From Octopus vulgaris (taxonomy: Eukaryota), in the NCBI GenBank assembly GCA_951406725.2, contig OX597819.1, positions 41,602,001 through 41,666,000 of the forward strand: DNA of 64,000 nucleotides, read 5' to 3'. The notes under the pieces were generated by a model. It saw nothing but the letters and a program-made list of their open reading frames with translations. It had not been told where the DNA came from and made no database searches. The position numbers and the translations under genes were made by a program. Positions within the stretch are counted from its first letter, which is position 1. The number at the start of each line of letters is the position of its first letter. Below, piece by piece: positions 62,676 to 64,000 of this stretch.

Positions 62676-63852
62676 CACAACCCAACAGGTATTTTGTTGT
62701 TAGGATGTTTTTACCTGCTTTGGTGATTTATTTTTTTGATATGCTAATTCCTAAAATGAAATCCATCACATCTTAATTTCAAGATACTGATACTTGCTAA
62801 TAATCAATGGGTGACATGCATGGGCTTTAAGATGGTCAGTTGTCTCCTGGAGCAACAAAATACACCAAATATCTATGTCTTATGTGTGTGGGACAGCAGA
62901 GCCTGGGAAAAAACATTGGGTAATCAAAAAAATAGCTGTAGCAAATATTAGTTTCAGAGTTTTTTAATGTGATTGAAGTGCCTTTAGTTCTACCATGAAA
63001 AATTATCCTATTTCCTCTCCGCATCAAACTTGATTTTAGGAACCAGTCGGTTAAAGCTCTGGACAAAGATGGACCATGCTTTCACTATATCTACTGCACA
63101 TTTCCCAGTGTGAGCAGTGAAAAGAAAGAAAGTTGGAGTATTTGATGGGCCTTTAATCAGAAAACAAAGTTGAGAACTTTGTAAATTCGATGAATTGCAA
63201 TGAAGCAGCAACATGGAATTCATTTGTAATACTTGTAAATGACTTTCTGTGCAATAAGAAAGTAGCCAATTATGATGAAATAGTCAACTGCAAGCTGGAA
63301 AACTTTCCAAAGTTGGGATCAAATACGAAGAGAAAGCTGCACTATTTCCACAGTCACCTTGATAAATTCCCTGAAAAATATGGTGACCCAAGTGATGAGC
63401 AGGGAGAGCATTTCCATCAACACATAAAATCAATGGAACAAAAGCATCAAGACAGATGGAATTAGCATATGATGGCAAACTATTGGTGGAACTTGGCTTG
63501 TGCTCTTCCTGAGGTTCAGTGCTCAAGAAAATTATTCAAATACAAATTCATGGAAAATGATGTAATTTGTCTAGACATTTTAAGATTTTTACTAGCTTTT
63601 CAACAGAATTTTAAGAAAACTTCTGGTTTTGAAGAAAAACCAATTTCTATGTATGTTTGTATGTTATGCCTTGTTCCTCATAAGTTGTTTTATTGAAAAA
63701 AAAAAAAACAAAAAAAAATTTCTATGGATCCAGTGTGTTAGAATCTGAAAATACCATCCAATAATTATCATCACATCAAGATTTTGTGTCAAAAAACCCC
63801 TAATTCAGGTCCACATATTTTTGACAACAGAAAAATTTCTTGTTGGTCTGTG
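62676..63852 (+). mobile_element. Chapaev3-like (CMC superfamily) DNA transposon relic
   Basis: TIRs CACAACCCAACA / TGTTGGTCTGTG. Transposase C-terminus VKALDKDG..GVFDGP.IRK...KLHYFHSHLDKFPE..G..SDEQGEHFHQHIK.ME....RW..MMANYWW, with frameshifts. The superfamily assignment is from recall. Confidence 0.65.
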
Positions 63853-64000
63853 TTGTAGATATTTTACAGACAAATATATTAGATTACAGGATACTAAACA
63901 GATGTATTACAGATTTATAACATTTATATTACATAGGGGTATTATAGAGGTATTATAAATAGATACATCAAATAGTTGTATTACAGATATATTATGAAAG

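Overview
AT-rich, repeat-dense animal genomic DNA. The SINE families present look like octopus (coleoid cephalopod); this is inferred from recognition, not a database search. Two spliced protein-coding genes lie on the minus strand. (1) The 3' two-thirds of a dual oxidase (Duox): 19 phase-consistent coding exons at 62610-28661, about 946 aa, running from the end of the peroxidase-homology region through the EF-hands and ferric-reductase TM domain to the FAD/NADPH domain ending HYENF*. The 5' exons lie beyond the right edge. (2) The 5' end of a failed-axon-connections/FAXC-like (metaxin-GST family) gene, with a putative non-coding exon near 18.7 kb and coding exons at 9813-9892 and 3434-3560; it continues off the left edge. 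The rest is tRNA-derived SINEs, RTE/CR1/HERO/CRE LINE relics, Penelope-like elements (PLEs), Mariner/Tc1/hAT/piggyBac/Chapaev/Merlin-like DNA transposons and MITEs, a Helentron-type element, possible solo LTRs and microsatellites. Most notable: a head-to-head pair of retroposons that join a tRNA(Thr)-like Pol III head to a PLE-type hammerhead ribozyme and enclose a captured copy of nearby intron; several unrelated PLE-type hammerhead motifs; a tandemly duplicated Duox exon that may be mutually exclusive; and a Merlin-like MITE family carrying internal telomeric (TTAGGG)n.
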